The notes: generated by a model not told the origin, from the letters alone. Shown: positions 25,066-36,507, counted from the first letter of the stretch. The stretch is 44,098 nucleotides of DNA from a virus (IMGVR_UViG_3300043218_000060:1-44098), one strand, 5' to 3'. Numbers and translations: made by a program.

Positions 25066-27816
25066 ATGACTAAAAGTATTATATCAACATTCATAACAGG
25101 GATAATATCGCCTGAACTAGCGTCTAGCATAGATTTAGATAAGGCTCGTACAGGCTTGATCCAATGCGAGAACTTTATCGTTGATGCTTTGGGTGGAGTT
25201 AAGAACCGTCCGGGTACTCAATATATAGATGACGCACAAAATACAGCAAAATTATCAAGGCTTATCCCGTTCCAATTCAATACAGAACAAGCTTATATAT
25301 TAGAGTTTGGTGATTCTAAGATGAGGATCATTAAAGATGGTGGCTTAGTAGAAAGCGGCGGTAGTCCAGTCGAAGTTGTAACGCCTTATCCGATAGCGGA
25401 TGTAGCGGCCCTTGAGTTTACTCAATCAGCCGATGTATTATATGTTTTTCATCCTGATTATCGGACAAGAAAAATAACCCGGACTTCGCATGTTGATTGG
25501 ACAATAGCTCAAATATTTTATCAAGACGGACCTTATAAGGGGCGCGTTGTTGGTGATTCAGATATAACTATAAAGATTTCAAGAAAGTCACCGCCACCCG
25601 GCTGGTTTGTAGGTGCTTCCGATCCAACGATTTTTGATAATTATGAGGCAGCACAATCTTTTAGGACTGGATTTCCTATCCCCGGCGAACTGGGCGCAAT
25701 TTTTTGGTCTCAATTTACTTATGTGCCGGGATCGCCAAACTTATGGAGCTTGGTTAGCAATGATGGCAAACACCCAGCCTATGAACAAATACAAAACTAT
25801 AAGTTTGCTAATGGCATAAACTTCTGGGAGGAGCATTCCAATGTAGCAAATGGTAATACATTGACTTATGATGCTACGAATATATATGCCGTGTTGACTC
25901 AAGGCTCCGCTAATAGTGCAATAACACAACAGATCGTTACTACCTTTACAAATAAAAGCCATTTATTACAGATAAGCGTTGCTGCCATGACCGGTACTTC
26001 CCCGACGGTAGTGGTCAACGTAGGGACTGCCGCAAAATTAGGCGATATATTCACAACCACGATAGTAGGCGCAGGTACGACAACTTATGATGTATTACCT
26101 ACCCAAGATACTATTTATATTAGCTTGGATAGTGTGGGGTCTACTAACGGTGATACTGTTTCCATTGACTATTTATCGTTCCATACAACTGATGTAAGAA
26201 CAAGTGGCGCAGAAGCTCATAGCACAAATGATTGGCGTATCTCAGAATTTAATGCTACCGCCGGTTATCCCGCTTTAGGTATTATAAACGAACAAAGGCT
26301 GTTCTATGCTAAAAATTATGATAACCCACAGACAATATGGCCATCTCAAACGGGCAATTTTGAAAGCTTTGGTTTCAATACACCTAGCCTTGATACCGAC
26401 TCTTTTTCATTTAATCCACCAACGCCACAAATAAACGGTCTTGAATGGTTGTTGTTACAAAATGGTCTCAATGTAGGTACGGCCGGTGAGCTTTGGAAAG
26501 TGTTTGCCGCGAGTGGTGGGGTTATTACCCCGACAGATACCAACATCAAAATAGATAGCGTGGTTGGATCTCTTAATTTAAAGCCTCTCGCAGTAGGTAT
26601 CTCTATTCTCTTAACGCCGCGCGGTAAAGAGGAAGTGGTTGAACTCACATCATCATTTGAGACTAGCGGTTATACAAAGCGTGATCTTAGCGTGCTTGCG
26701 AGTCATTTGTTCAAAGATCGGCGCATAGTCAGGTGGGCTTACGCAAGGGAGCCTGATTCGGTTATATGGTGTGTATTAGATAATGGTAAGCTCTTGGGGC
26801 TTACATACTTTAAAGAATATGATATTTGGGCTTGGCATGAACATACAACACCAATCGGTGAAGGGTTTAAGGATATAGCAGTTATACCGAACAGTTCTGA
26901 TGATAATATTGATGATGTCTATTTTGTTGTTAATCGCGGTGTTGATGGTGCGCCACCGATCTATTATATTGAACAGCTTAATAGGCGGATAACGTCACAA
27001 GAGGCTGCGTTCGGGTTGCAGGCATCCGGCACTCCTTATGATTATAAATTCCTTGACAGCGCGTTGACTTATGATGTTCCATTGACAATAACGAATATTT
27101 CAACAGCAAACCCGGCGATTGTTGATATAACGGCGCATGGATTTTCTAACGGTGATTTCATTAAGATACAAAACGTTAAGGGCATGACAGGTGTAAATAA
27201 TATTCCGGGCAATCTATATGCAAAATATAAAGTGACTAATAAGACAGCAAACAACTTTGAGCTTTGGGATAAAGGTGGCAATCCCGTGGATGGTTTATCG
27301 CTGGGTGGTACATATCTATCAAGCGGTGAAGCTAGAAAGATGATAGCTGCCATATCAGGGCTTGACCATTTAGAAGCAAGGACAGTTACAGCCTTGGCCG
27401 ACGGCAGGGTTGAAACTGGGCTAACCGTATCAGGTGGTTCAATAACACTGTCTCAATCAACATCATTCGCACATATAGGCATTCCTTACGTATCTATAAT
27501 GGAAACACCTGACATTGAGATATTAGCTGATACAGGAAGCACACAGGGTCGTTTGAAGAGCATCACAAAGGCCGACATATACTTTAAAGAAACAAGGGGC
27601 GCGGAGATAGCGTCAAGCAACCGGCCGGACGAATATCAAGAGATAGCGTTTTTTAATGAATCGGGCGGCGAGAATCCACCTGAATTATTTACGGGCAGCA
27701 AGGAAATAACGTTATCGTCAGATTATAGAAAGACTGACAGAATAATAATAAGACAGGCAGGGCCATTGCCAATAGAGATAAAGAGGATCATACCAGATGT
27801 CGATTTTAGTGGCTAA
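25066..27816 (+). CDS. Tail nozzle / tail tubular protein B (T7 gp12-like) with inserted domains
   Basis: F..G.ISP, GGV.NRPGT, RLIPFQF, TQSADV, W.SQTG.F..F, AWH.H, GLDHLE..TV..LADG. Confidence 0.92.
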   Translation: MTKSIISTFITGIISPELASSIDLDKARTGLIQCENFIVDALGGVKNRPGTQYIDDAQNTAKLSRLIPFQFNTEQAYILEFGDSKMRIIKDGGLVESGGSPVEVVTPYPIADVAALEFTQSADVLYVFHPDYRTRKITRTSHVDWTIAQIFYQDGPYKGRVVGDSDITIKISRKSPPPGWFVGASDPTIFDNYEAAQSFRTGFPIPGELGAIFWSQFTYVPGSPNLWSLVSNDGKHPAYEQIQNYKFANGINFWEEHSNVANGNTLTYDATNIYAVLTQGSANSAITQQIVTTFTNKSHLLQISVAAMTGTSPTVVVNVGTAAKLGDIFTTTIVGAGTTTYDVLPTQDTIYISLDSVGSTNGDTVSIDYLSFHTTDVRTSGAEAHSTNDWRISEFNATAGYPALGIINEQRLFYAKNYDNPQTIWPSQTGNFESFGFNTPSLDTDSFSFNPPTPQINGLEWLLLQNGLNVGTAGELWKVFAASGGVITPTDTNIKIDSVVGSLNLKPLAVGISILLTPRGKEEVVELTSSFETSGYTKRDLSVLASHLFKDRRIVRWAYAREPDSVIWCVLDNGKLLGLTYFKEYDIWAWHEHTTPIGEGFKDIAVIPNSSDDNIDDVYFVVNRGVDGAPPIYYIEQLNRRITSQEAAFGLQASGTPYDYKFLDSALTYDVPLTITNISTANPAIVDITAHGFSNGDFIKIQNVKGMTGVNNIPGNLYAKYKVTNKTANNFELWDKGGNPVDGLSLGGTYLSSGEARKMIAAISGLDHLEARTVTALADGRVETGLTVSGGSITLSQSTSFAHIGIPYVSIMETPDIEILADTGSTQGRLKSITKADIYFKETRGAEIASSNRPDEYQEIAFFNESGGENPPELFTGSKEITLSSDYRKTDRIIIRQAGPLPIEIKRIIPDVDFSG

Positions 27817-28297
27817 CGAAAATGGCAACAGAATAATTGAGGTATTTGACGCATCTTATGATAAGCATGTAGAGGCTGTTGCTATGGATTTGCGCGTATC
27901 GGACTTTGATGAGTTGTTTGCCGCTACTGGCAAGAGTCCATATTATGATGTTGTTGATAGTTGGGTAATGTCACATAGGCGCTGGGTAGTATTCAACAAG
28001 AACGATCAGGCAGTCGCAGTTTTAGGGGTTAGGGCTGAGGCTATGTTCAGCGATTATGGGATACCGTGGCTACTTGGCACTAAGGGCCTTGATAAGATGA
28101 AAAAGTTTTTTGTTAAATATTCTAAGATGATAATTAATGAAATCAAAAAGGACTTTAAATTCCTTTATAATTACGTGGATACGCGCTATTTAAAGGCAAT
28201 CAGATGGTTATTGTGGTGCGGCTTCACCGTAGAGGACGCTGCGCCATCTGGCGCATTTGGATATCCGTTTCATAGATTCTATATGGAGTGTAAATAA
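27797..28297 (+). CDS. T7 gp13-like / GNAT-fold virion-associated protein
   Basis: LR..D..E, G.PWLLGT, L.NYVD.R...AIRWL.WCGF. Confidence 0.82.
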   Translation: MSILVANENGNRIIEVFDASYDKHVEAVAMDLRVSDFDELFAATGKSPYYDVVDSWVMSHRRWVVFNKNDQAVAVLGVRAEAMFSDYGIPWLLGTKGLDKMKKFFVKYSKMIINEIKKDFKFLYNYVDTRYLKAIRWLLWCGFTVEDAAPSGAFGYPFHRFYMECK

Positions 28298-28870
28298 ATG
28301 GGCGGCACAGCATTAATAGGGGTAGGGTTACAAGCTTATGGCACTTATCAGGGCTTGAAGGCTGCTGAGGCGCGTGCTAAGTATGACGCGCAAGTCAATC
28401 GTAACAATGTTAAGATAATAGAAGCTCAGATAAAGGATGTCAGGACCCTTGGCAAGATCGCAGAGAAACAGATCGAACGACAAGGAATTGAATTTGTGGC
28501 CGGTCAAGTTTCTTCTTTTGCCTCAAGTGGCATAGACATATCAAGCGCGGTAGTTGGTGAGATAGTAGAAGAGACCGCAAGGGTAACGGCGGCAGACGTT
28601 ATAACAACTCAAAAGAATATAGAGCGTGAGATATGGGGCTTGAAAGTCGGCAAGATGAATGAGACGTCACAACTTTTATTCAATAAGGCTAGAGGAAGAA
28701 GCGCGGGCAAATTCGCACCGATAGCGGCGGGCGCGGAACTGCTGACAGGATTTGGGGAGTTTGGCCTGACAACCAAGAGACCCAAAACGAAAAGTCCATT
28801 AACAAGGCGTAAATTACCGCCGCGAGCATTGCCCCCAACATTTAACATAGCGGATAATCCGTTTAAATAG
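28298..28870 (+). CDS. Internal virion (ejection) protein, gp14-like
   Basis: Gly/Ala-rich ends, ASSGID..S; synteny. Confidence 0.75.
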   Translation: MGGTALIGVGLQAYGTYQGLKAAEARAKYDAQVNRNNVKIIEAQIKDVRTLGKIAEKQIERQGIEFVAGQVSSFASSGIDISSAVVGEIVEETARVTAADVITTQKNIEREIWGLKVGKMNETSQLLFNKARGRSAGKFAPIAAGAELLTGFGEFGLTTKRPKTKSPLTRRKLPPRALPPTFNIADNPFK

Positions 28871-28879
28871 GAGTAGTAA

Positions 28880-30712
28880 ATGGCTGGATTTACAGTACCA
28901 ACTAAGCAACGACAAGTAGCACCTACCGCATTACCATCGGCGCGTCAGATATCGCCGGCCGGCCAAGGCGACTTTGGCGGATTCGAGGCTGATGTTATCG
29001 GCAGGATCGGTGGACAGGTCGAGAGGTTAGGCAGGACAGCTCTTGCAGTTGAGGAAAAAGAAAGGGTGCTTGCGGCGAAAGCGGAAGCGAAGAAGCTTAA
29101 AATACAAGCCAAATTCAAAGAAGAACGAGATAAATTATTTGCACAAGATGCTGTTATAAAATATCAGGATTGGTGGCGTAATCAAGAACCGACATACACA
29201 AGCAAAACAGGTTTAGCTGCTGATGGTGTCACAGACATAGCGATTAAAGACATAGAAGGTTTTAACAAAACACTTTTAGCTAAGTTAGAAAATGACAATC
29301 AAAGAGAAAAAGCCCTTGCAAAGATAATGTCAGAAAGAAATTCAGGATTAACGGGCATAAAGGGGCACGAAGTAAGTGAGTTTAAGCTATTAAAGGAAAA
29401 GCAGAATGAAGGAATAATAGCTAATTCGATAAATATTGCGGCGGCTTCTGTGGGCAAGTTGCATGAAGAAGGTACTATATTCAGTAAATCGCTTGACCTT
29501 AAGGATGCAATAACAGAGAAAACCAAGGGGTTCTCCATGGAAGCGGCTAAAAATGTTAGTGATGAAATCTGGTCATCATTCCACGAGAGCATATTGAATC
29601 GAAAGGTAGCTTTAAACGCCGTGGACGCAAAAGAATATTATGATAAAAATAAAAAGCAAATATTACCCGATAAGCGAGATGCGATAGAGAAACTCTTAAA
29701 AAAAGAAGGTATAATCCAATATTCTCAACAAAGGGCTGATGAAATTGTTTTAACTGAACCTGATAGTTCAAAGTGGGCTGAAATCGGGAGAAAAGAAAAA
29801 GACCCAGAAAAAAGGGATGCGACTGTAAAAAGATTAAAAACAAGAAAGACAGAATTAGATCAAACAGACAAAGATGCGCAAAAAGAGGCTTATCTTGATA
29901 CTCTTGATAAAATTGCTAATGTTGCGAAAAACGAAGAGGAAGGATTGGATTTTGCAGCAAACCTAGAGAACCCGGAAGATCAAATAAAAGCCGAGAAGGT
30001 CGCAACTGAACGGTTTAAAAGGAAAGAGAAAGATGCTACTACTAGCAGAAAGGTACAAGCCAAAGTATTAGAGATGATTGAAAATAAAGAAATCACAAGA
30101 CCGACAGAGCTGATAGAGTTTTACCCTGATTTAAGAGACAGTGATTATAATACAGCATTGACAAGGCTAAAGAACCAGGGGAATGTTGACGCTAAAGGAT
30201 TTGTAAAATATGAAACTGCCAAGAAAGCGTTTCAGCTTGTAAACGATGAAAAGTTTGATGTTGATAGCGAAGCGCAAGCAACAAACTTTATGTATAGTTT
30301 AGAATATTTAGATAAAGAGGCTCAAGCACTCGGAAGGGATTTAACGGCAGTAGAAGCAAATAAATTAACCCGACAAGCATTTATTGACGGCAATGTTGAA
30401 AGAGAAAGTTTTACTATTTTGGGTTATGATATATCTCAAGAAGGCGCCGCCCTGACGTTACAAGAGGCTGTATCAAAAGGCGTTCTTGATAAGTGGACAG
30501 CCGATGTAAACGATGACAGTGTTGATGGTGGCGTAGAAAGAAAACAGATAATTGACGCTTTAAGAAAGCAGGGGATAATCACAGAGGATGAGACTGTCCT
30601 CAGGCTCTACAAAAAAGAGGCGATATTAAAGCTAGAGCTATCCCAAAAACAAAAAGAGTTGTTGAATAAGAAAATAAATAAGATCGGCGTGATAAGGTCG
30701 ATAAAGAGGTAG
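28880..30712 (+). CDS. Internal virion (ejection) protein, gp15-like
   Basis: 610 aa helical protein in ejectosome position. Confidence 0.7.
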   Translation: MAGFTVPTKQRQVAPTALPSARQISPAGQGDFGGFEADVIGRIGGQVERLGRTALAVEEKERVLAAKAEAKKLKIQAKFKEERDKLFAQDAVIKYQDWWRNQEPTYTSKTGLAADGVTDIAIKDIEGFNKTLLAKLENDNQREKALAKIMSERNSGLTGIKGHEVSEFKLLKEKQNEGIIANSINIAAASVGKLHEEGTIFSKSLDLKDAITEKTKGFSMEAAKNVSDEIWSSFHESILNRKVALNAVDAKEYYDKNKKQILPDKRDAIEKLLKKEGIIQYSQQRADEIVLTEPDSSKWAEIGRKEKDPEKRDATVKRLKTRKTELDQTDKDAQKEAYLDTLDKIANVAKNEEEGLDFAANLENPEDQIKAEKVATERFKRKEKDATTSRKVQAKVLEMIENKEITRPTELIEFYPDLRDSDYNTALTRLKNQGNVDAKGFVKYETAKKAFQLVNDEKFDVDSEAQATNFMYSLEYLDKEAQALGRDLTAVEANKLTRQAFIDGNVERESFTILGYDISQEGAALTLQEAVSKGVLDKWTADVNDDSVDGGVERKQIIDALRKQGIITEDETVLRLYKKEAILKLELSQKQKELLNKKINKIGVIRSIKR

Positions 30713-33700
30713 TGATGTCAGAAGCTTCGTTTTTTAGTAAAATAGATAAAGTTCCTAACGAAGAGAAACAGCAAATAGCCGTAAGCGAGAACTCTCCTTC
30801 TGAAAAATCCTTTTTCTCTAAGGTAGATGCGCTTAATCCTGAGAATGAACAAGCAAAATTTAATCTTAACATTACCCAAGATTTAAGCCCAGATCAAGAG
30901 GCAGAGAACTATAAGTTATCAAAAGATTCCGGCATACCCACGTCCATTGTAAGAGAAGATCCCGCCAAAGTGAAAAAGATGATAGACGCCCCTGCATTCG
31001 GACAAATCGATCCTTCAAAGCTAAAGAATTATTATAGCAGATTCCAAAATGCGGCTATATCAAGAGATGATGAAGAAGAGCTTGTAAATATACAGACCAC
31101 TTGGGATAAGACTAAACAATCATTTGAAGAGGGCAAGGTAGACACGCTCATAAACTATTGGACGGCGAGACGAGAGTTGCTTGGTTTTGATCCGAACATA
31201 GCGAACGAACAGATAAGGAAGCTTGAAGAACAACGCGCACAGTTTGAACCATTTGAAGCGGAAGGCTTTTTTGAAAAGGTATTGACCGCAACATCGAGAC
31301 AGATACCTCAACAGATATTGGCGGCTGAAAAAGGGTTAGAGCGCGCGCCATTAGGCGCGGTGGTAGGCGCGGCCGGTGCTGCAGCATTGGGTTTATTAGA
31401 ACCATCTCCGCTTGAAGAGGTTGTAACTTTCCCACTATTAGCGACAGCGGCGGCAGGCGCGGGTCAGGGCTTTATTGTCGGTAGAGCAGAGAGCATGTTC
31501 TATCAAGAGTTCGGCGGCGCTTTCAGAGAATTTACAGAGATAAAAGACGAGCAGGGCAACCCACTCGATCCGAACATTGCCAAAGTTATGGCTTTGGGTG
31601 TTGGCGGCGTTAATGCCTCCTTAGAGTTCGCATCATTCAAAGCTGTTGTTAAAACGTTCCCGGGCGGTGATAAGATATTCTCTAAGATAAACTCTAAGCT
31701 TATAAAAGAGGTTGTTAAAAGCCCTACAATACGAAAGAAGTTAACAGACATTGCTTTGAGAGCGGGTACGGCATGGACAACAGAAATAGCAACGGAAGTA
31801 TTACAGGAAATATCCAACGTGATATTCGGTGAGATCGGCAAGAAACTACAGGAAAGAACAACCGATGCGGAATTTAAAGGCTTTGAATGGGACGCTTTCT
31901 TTACAAGGCTTGGCGCGATAGCATCGGAAACGGCATATTCTGCTTTAGGTTTTATGCTCCCGGGTACTGCTGTTAGCACCGGCAAGGCAGTTGCGGATTC
32001 CACGATAAGCAAAAAGTTTCATGACGATAATAACCAGATGAAAGAGGTTATTGACCAGAGCAAGACACAGCAAAGAAGCCCTGACCATTCAGAACAGTTC
32101 CTTGAAATAATCGGAATGGGGCAACCTGTCTATATATCTCCTGAAGGGATTGAGCTATTATACCAAGAGAACACAAAAGACGAGGCTGATGCGATATTAA
32201 AGAAGGTGGGCTTGAACCCTGAAAAGACTAAGGCTACAGCCGCCACAGGCGAAGATATAGAGGTAATTCATTCCAAAGCACTATCACAGCTGCCAAGAGA
32301 AGAGTTTGACAAAATATCAAAGGATATGAAGCCCGCACCAAGCGGATATACTCAAAGAGACATAGAGCAGGGGATAGATCAAGACGATGTAGAAGCTACC
32401 GTCAAAGTGTTCGCGGAAGAGACGAAGCGTCAAAGGGAAATAAACCAAGAGATAACAAGGATACAGGAAGAAGGTAAGAAAGCGGGATTAACAGAGGAGA
32501 CAGTTGAGACAACACCAGCATTGATGAAGGGATTAGCGAACAGATTATCATTAGAAGATGTTGACCCTGTAGCATTTCTAAAAAAGATAGGCATTAAGAA
32601 AACCACATTAGAAGAGATAAAGGGATTCTTTCAACCTGAAAAGGGCGCACCACCAAGAGCGGCTATCCCATTGACAAACGAGAGTCATCTAATCAACCTC
32701 TTTGAGGGTGCGGACCTGTCAAGCGTCCTGCATGAAGTGGGGCATATCGCATTAAAAGAATATAACAATCTGGAGGTCACCAGGCAAGCATCAGAAGAGC
32801 TTATAAAGGATATGAATGCCTTTAGAAAATTTGTAGGTGCAAAAAAAGGGCAGGAATTTACAAGAACGCAATCAGAGCAATTCGCAAGAGGCTTTGAAGC
32901 CTATCTCATGGAAGGTAAAGCCCCAACGGTAGAATTAGCCTCTGCATTTGAAAGATTCAAGAGATGGCTTTTAGAGACTTACAAGACTGTGAAGTCTTTA
33001 GATGTTACTCTGAATAATGATGTGCGCCAAGCATTCGACAGAATGCTATCGGCTAACCTTGAAGTGGAAGCAATCGCGCAGACTAAAGGGTTCACCATAA
33101 AGACAGTTGATGAGATGAAAGCTCTAGGCATGAACGATGCGGATCAGAAGTTCGCTAAGTTCCAAATAGAGAAAACAGTAAGGAAAGCAAAGCAACGCTT
33201 GACAAAAGCGCGTAACACAGGCTATCGAGAGAACGTAAAGGAATGGCGAGAAGAGGCAAGGCGTGAAATAAGAAACGAGAACCCGACATATAAAACAATG
33301 AGTTCTATCGTCGCGGACGGCAATCAAATAGACAGAGATGAATTTGTTGAAAGATATGGTGAAGAAGCTATAAAATTATTACCTACTACAAGGATATTAA
33401 AAAAACGAGTTGGTGACAAAGGCGGGCAATCAATGGATATGGTTGCTGCTTTTTATGGCTATGATGATTATATTGAAATGATAAATGCGTTCTTTGACAC
33501 ACCAAAATTCAGCGTAGCCGTTGACCAGAGAGTCAATAATAAAGTATTAGCACATGACGCACAGTTCAGCGCAGAGGACTTTATCGTTGACTTGCCGGAA
33601 TATAGGCAATATTTAAACATCATATCGCGGAACATCAACAATAAAGGAGTTGACGAGGCAACCTTAGAGGCTGGTATTGAACGAAATAGGGGCAGGTGGG

Positions 33701-36507
33701 AAACAAAAGCCACAGAAGAGATACAATCAGAATCGCCAGAGCTTGAAGGCGCAGAGCTAAATAACGCAATAGAGGCACGTATAGACGAGAAAATAGAGGC
33801 TTTCAGGAAGAAGCAAGGCAAGCCATCAATCATATCATCTGCCCGGATAAAACAACTCGCTAAAGACACGATGAACGCTAAGACAGTGAGAGACGCAAGG
33901 GCGCAGCATATATACTTATCTGCAATGAAAAAGGCGGCTTCTGATGAGCGCAGGGCTATTTTGCGTAAAGATTGGGATGCGGCATCTAAAGCGAATGAAC
34001 TACAACGCTTCAATTATGAGATGGCAAGCCTGTCAAAGAACGCTAAAGATGAAGTGAACGTTGTATTAAAAAGAGCTAAGAGGACCGGCAAATCTAAAGT
34101 AATCGACTTTGAACATAGGGAAGCTATACTACACTTGATAAACCGCTACAATCTTGCATCGTTAGTGCCTAGTAAGCCCGAACTGATACCTGAATATAAT
34201 AAACTATTCGCAGGTGATGATTATGGCAATGACGGCTATCAAGTGCCTGATTTCCTGTTTAGCAATACCGCTAAAGACTTCCGCGATCTCACATTAGAAC
34301 AGTTTAAAGACTTAGATAATGCGATAAGATACTTAGCCGGTCAGGGCAATATAGGCAAGAAAGATACATTGTCTGATGGTGAAACCCTTTTACAAGATGT
34401 TATTGATAAATCTGTAGCAGTTCAAAGCACTGTTAAACGCCTTAAGGTATGGGAAAAGGGATCGTTGATGCGAAGGATAACCGATCCTGCCAGGAAGTTC
34501 TTTTCTCTGTTCGACAGCTTGACATTTGAAATGAAATCTGTTGATGGCTATACTAACCTTGGCAAAGATGGCAAGGTCGGACCAGCAGAGCAATTTGTTA
34601 TGAATCCAATAAAGGACGGACTCGATGCTTTAACCTTACAAAACAAAGAGATAAGCGAGCAACTAGCCCCACACCTTAAACAAATAAGCAAGACTATCCG
34701 AAAATGGCATAAGCAGTTCGGTAACAATATCAGGATAAAAGGCGCACCCGTGCCTTCGTTGATGCGCGCAGATGGTCAGACAAACGGATGGAGAGCGCAA
34801 CAGATATTCGCGGTTGTATTGAATACGGGCAATATTGGCGAGACAAGCAACTATGCTAATCTATTGGCTGGTTATCCTGACTTAACGCCCGGTATAGTAG
34901 AAACTATCAAAGATATGTTGTCTCAAAAGGATATGGATGCAATGCAAGGGATATGGAATATTATAAACTCTTTATTTAAACAGGTTGATGAGCAACATAT
35001 AAAGATAAAGAATTATGGCATGTCAAAAGTAGAAGCAACCCCTTTCAACTTTAAAGGTAAAGAATATCAAGGCGGTTATTACCCGATCAGGCATGACAGG
35101 AATTTGTCTTATGCCGTAGAGGATAGAGGGCGCGTGGAGGATTTATTCAATAATGAAGCGGCTAAAATACAAGTGCCATACACTAAGTCAGGTCAGACCA
35201 TAAAGAGATTGAGGGGCGCTGCATTGCCGATTCTCTTGGATCTTAGCGTTATTGATAGCCATATAAACGATACTCTCCATTATATACATTTAACCGATGT
35301 AGTAAAGGACGCGGACAGAATAACAAGAAGCCATGATTTTAGGGCGGCGGCTATCCGTATCTTAGGTAAAGATGTTTATAATACTATCCGACCGGCTCTC
35401 CAACATATTGCAAATCCGAAAAGGGCGGGGCTTGACCAACCGGGCGCAAGACCAGTTGAATGGATGCGTGGACTATCAACGCTCTATGTTCTTGCATGGA
35501 ATACGGGCGTTGCGATTAAACAGCCATTATCAACGTTTGGTGCGATTAGAGACATGGGCTTCCGCGCTTATATTGATGGATTCTCTTCTACTTTAATGTC
35601 GCCATCGGTACATTATCAGAAGATGATCGACTTATCGCCGTATATGCGGGATCGTTTAAAGTCATTTGATAGAGAGCTAAGATCGGCATTTTTAAAGCTT
35701 ACCAAAGAGCAGCGCGGCATTTATTTTGGTGATACTAAGGTAACGTGGCAGGACGTTAAAAACTTCGGGTTCTGGCAGATAAGGGTTGCAGATACCGTCA
35801 CGGTATTACCTATATGGCATGGCGCGTTTAACGATAAGCTTAACGCGGACCAGTCTAATTTAGAAGAGGCAACAAGGTATGCGGATGATCTCGTTAGAAA
35901 CTCACAGCCAAGCGCACAGCCTTTGGATTTATCTACATGGCAAAGAGACGGTGGCATTATAAGATTATTCTCGCAGTTCCAAACATTTACGGTAGGCAAA
36001 TACGGGCAGCGACAAAGACTCCATTATCGGGCGTGGCGTAATAAATCAATCTCAACACTTGATTATGCGTGGTTCAATTTCATGGATGCGTTCTTACCTT
36101 TGGCTGCCATTAATATGTTACAAGCCATTATCTGGGGTAGAGACTTAGAAGACGATGAGACACAGCTTGACATATTATTTGAGATAGTGCAAGGGTGGGC
36201 TTTGATGGGTGTACCATTTGCAAGGAACATAGTAAGGGCTGTAACCGGCTATGGTAACCCGATAGATAGCCCCGTATTGCAAGCAGGTAATAAGGCGGTA
36301 CAGGGTGTTATAAAAGGCGCGCGAGGCTTGAACGGTTTTAAAAACAGAAAAGAACGAGAAGCGGCGTTATGGGGGATCGGTCATACAATATCAATATTAT
36401 CCGGCGTGCCTGTATCAAAGATAGTTAGCAGGGCAGAACGTGGCGCAAAGGCAAAGGACGCAGCACCGGGCATAAAATATCTAATTCCGCCACCGCGCGG
36501 TAAATAA
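30712..36507 (+). CDS. Large internal virion/ejection protein with zincin-like metallopeptidase motif
   Basis: 1931 aa; ADLSSVLHEVGH...EQFARGFEAYLMEGKAP; hydrophobic segments. Confidence 0.8.
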   Translation: MMSEASFFSKIDKVPNEEKQQIAVSENSPSEKSFFSKVDALNPENEQAKFNLNITQDLSPDQEAENYKLSKDSGIPTSIVREDPAKVKKMIDAPAFGQIDPSKLKNYYSRFQNAAISRDDEEELVNIQTTWDKTKQSFEEGKVDTLINYWTARRELLGFDPNIANEQIRKLEEQRAQFEPFEAEGFFEKVLTATSRQIPQQILAAEKGLERAPLGAVVGAAGAAALGLLEPSPLEEVVTFPLLATAAAGAGQGFIVGRAESMFYQEFGGAFREFTEIKDEQGNPLDPNIAKVMALGVGGVNASLEFASFKAVVKTFPGGDKIFSKINSKLIKEVVKSPTIRKKLTDIALRAGTAWTTEIATEVLQEISNVIFGEIGKKLQERTTDAEFKGFEWDAFFTRLGAIASETAYSALGFMLPGTAVSTGKAVADSTISKKFHDDNNQMKEVIDQSKTQQRSPDHSEQFLEIIGMGQPVYISPEGIELLYQENTKDEADAILKKVGLNPEKTKATAATGEDIEVIHSKALSQLPREEFDKISKDMKPAPSGYTQRDIEQGIDQDDVEATVKVFAEETKRQREINQEITRIQEEGKKAGLTEETVETTPALMKGLANRLSLEDVDPVAFLKKIGIKKTTLEEIKGFFQPEKGAPPRAAIPLTNESHLINLFEGADLSSVLHEVGHIALKEYNNLEVTRQASEELIKDMNAFRKFVGAKKGQEFTRTQSEQFARGFEAYLMEGKAPTVELASAFERFKRWLLETYKTVKSLDVTLNNDVRQAFDRMLSANLEVEAIAQTKGFTIKTVDEMKALGMNDADQKFAKFQIEKTVRKAKQRLTKARNTGYRENVKEWREEARREIRNENPTYKTMSSIVADGNQIDRDEFVERYGEEAIKLLPTTRILKKRVGDKGGQSMDMVAAFYGYDDYIEMINAFFDTPKFSVAVDQRVNNKVLAHDAQFSAEDFIVDLPEYRQYLNIISRNINNKGVDEATLEAGIERNRGRWETKATEEIQSESPELEGAELNNAIEARIDEKIEAFRKKQGKPSIISSARIKQLAKDTMNAKTVRDARAQHIYLSAMKKAASDERRAILRKDWDAASKANELQRFNYEMASLSKNAKDEVNVVLKRAKRTGKSKVIDFEHREAILHLINRYNLASLVPSKPELIPEYNKLFAGDDYGNDGYQVPDFLFSNTAKDFRDLTLEQFKDLDNAIRYLAGQGNIGKKDTLSDGETLLQDVIDKSVAVQSTVKRLKVWEKGSLMRRITDPARKFFSLFDSLTFEMKSVDGYTNLGKDGKVGPAEQFVMNPIKDGLDALTLQNKEISEQLAPHLKQISKTIRKWHKQFGNNIRIKGAPVPSLMRADGQTNGWRAQQIFAVVLNTGNIGETSNYANLLAGYPDLTPGIVETIKDMLSQKDMDAMQGIWNIINSLFKQVDEQHIKIKNYGMSKVEATPFNFKGKEYQGGYYPIRHDRNLSYAVEDRGRVEDLFNNEAAKIQVPYTKSGQTIKRLRGAALPILLDLSVIDSHINDTLHYIHLTDVVKDADRITRSHDFRAAAIRILGKDVYNTIRPALQHIANPKRAGLDQPGARPVEWMRGLSTLYVLAWNTGVAIKQPLSTFGAIRDMGFRAYIDGFSSTLMSPSVHYQKMIDLSPYMRDRLKSFDRELRSAFLKLTKEQRGIYFGDTKVTWQDVKNFGFWQIRVADTVTVLPIWHGAFNDKLNADQSNLEEATRYADDLVRNSQPSAQPLDLSTWQRDGGIIRLFSQFQTFTVGKYGQRQRLHYRAWRNKSISTLDYAWFNFMDAFLPLAAINMLQAIIWGRDLEDDETQLDILFEIVQGWALMGVPFARNIVRAVTGYGNPIDSPVLQAGNKAVQGVIKGARGLNGFKNRKEREAALWGIGHTISILSGVPVSKIVSRAERGAKAKDAAPGIKYLIPPPRGK

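Noticed and set aside
16903-36507. Alternative genetic code, introns or inteins
   Set aside because: All large genes are intact and of expected size under code 11
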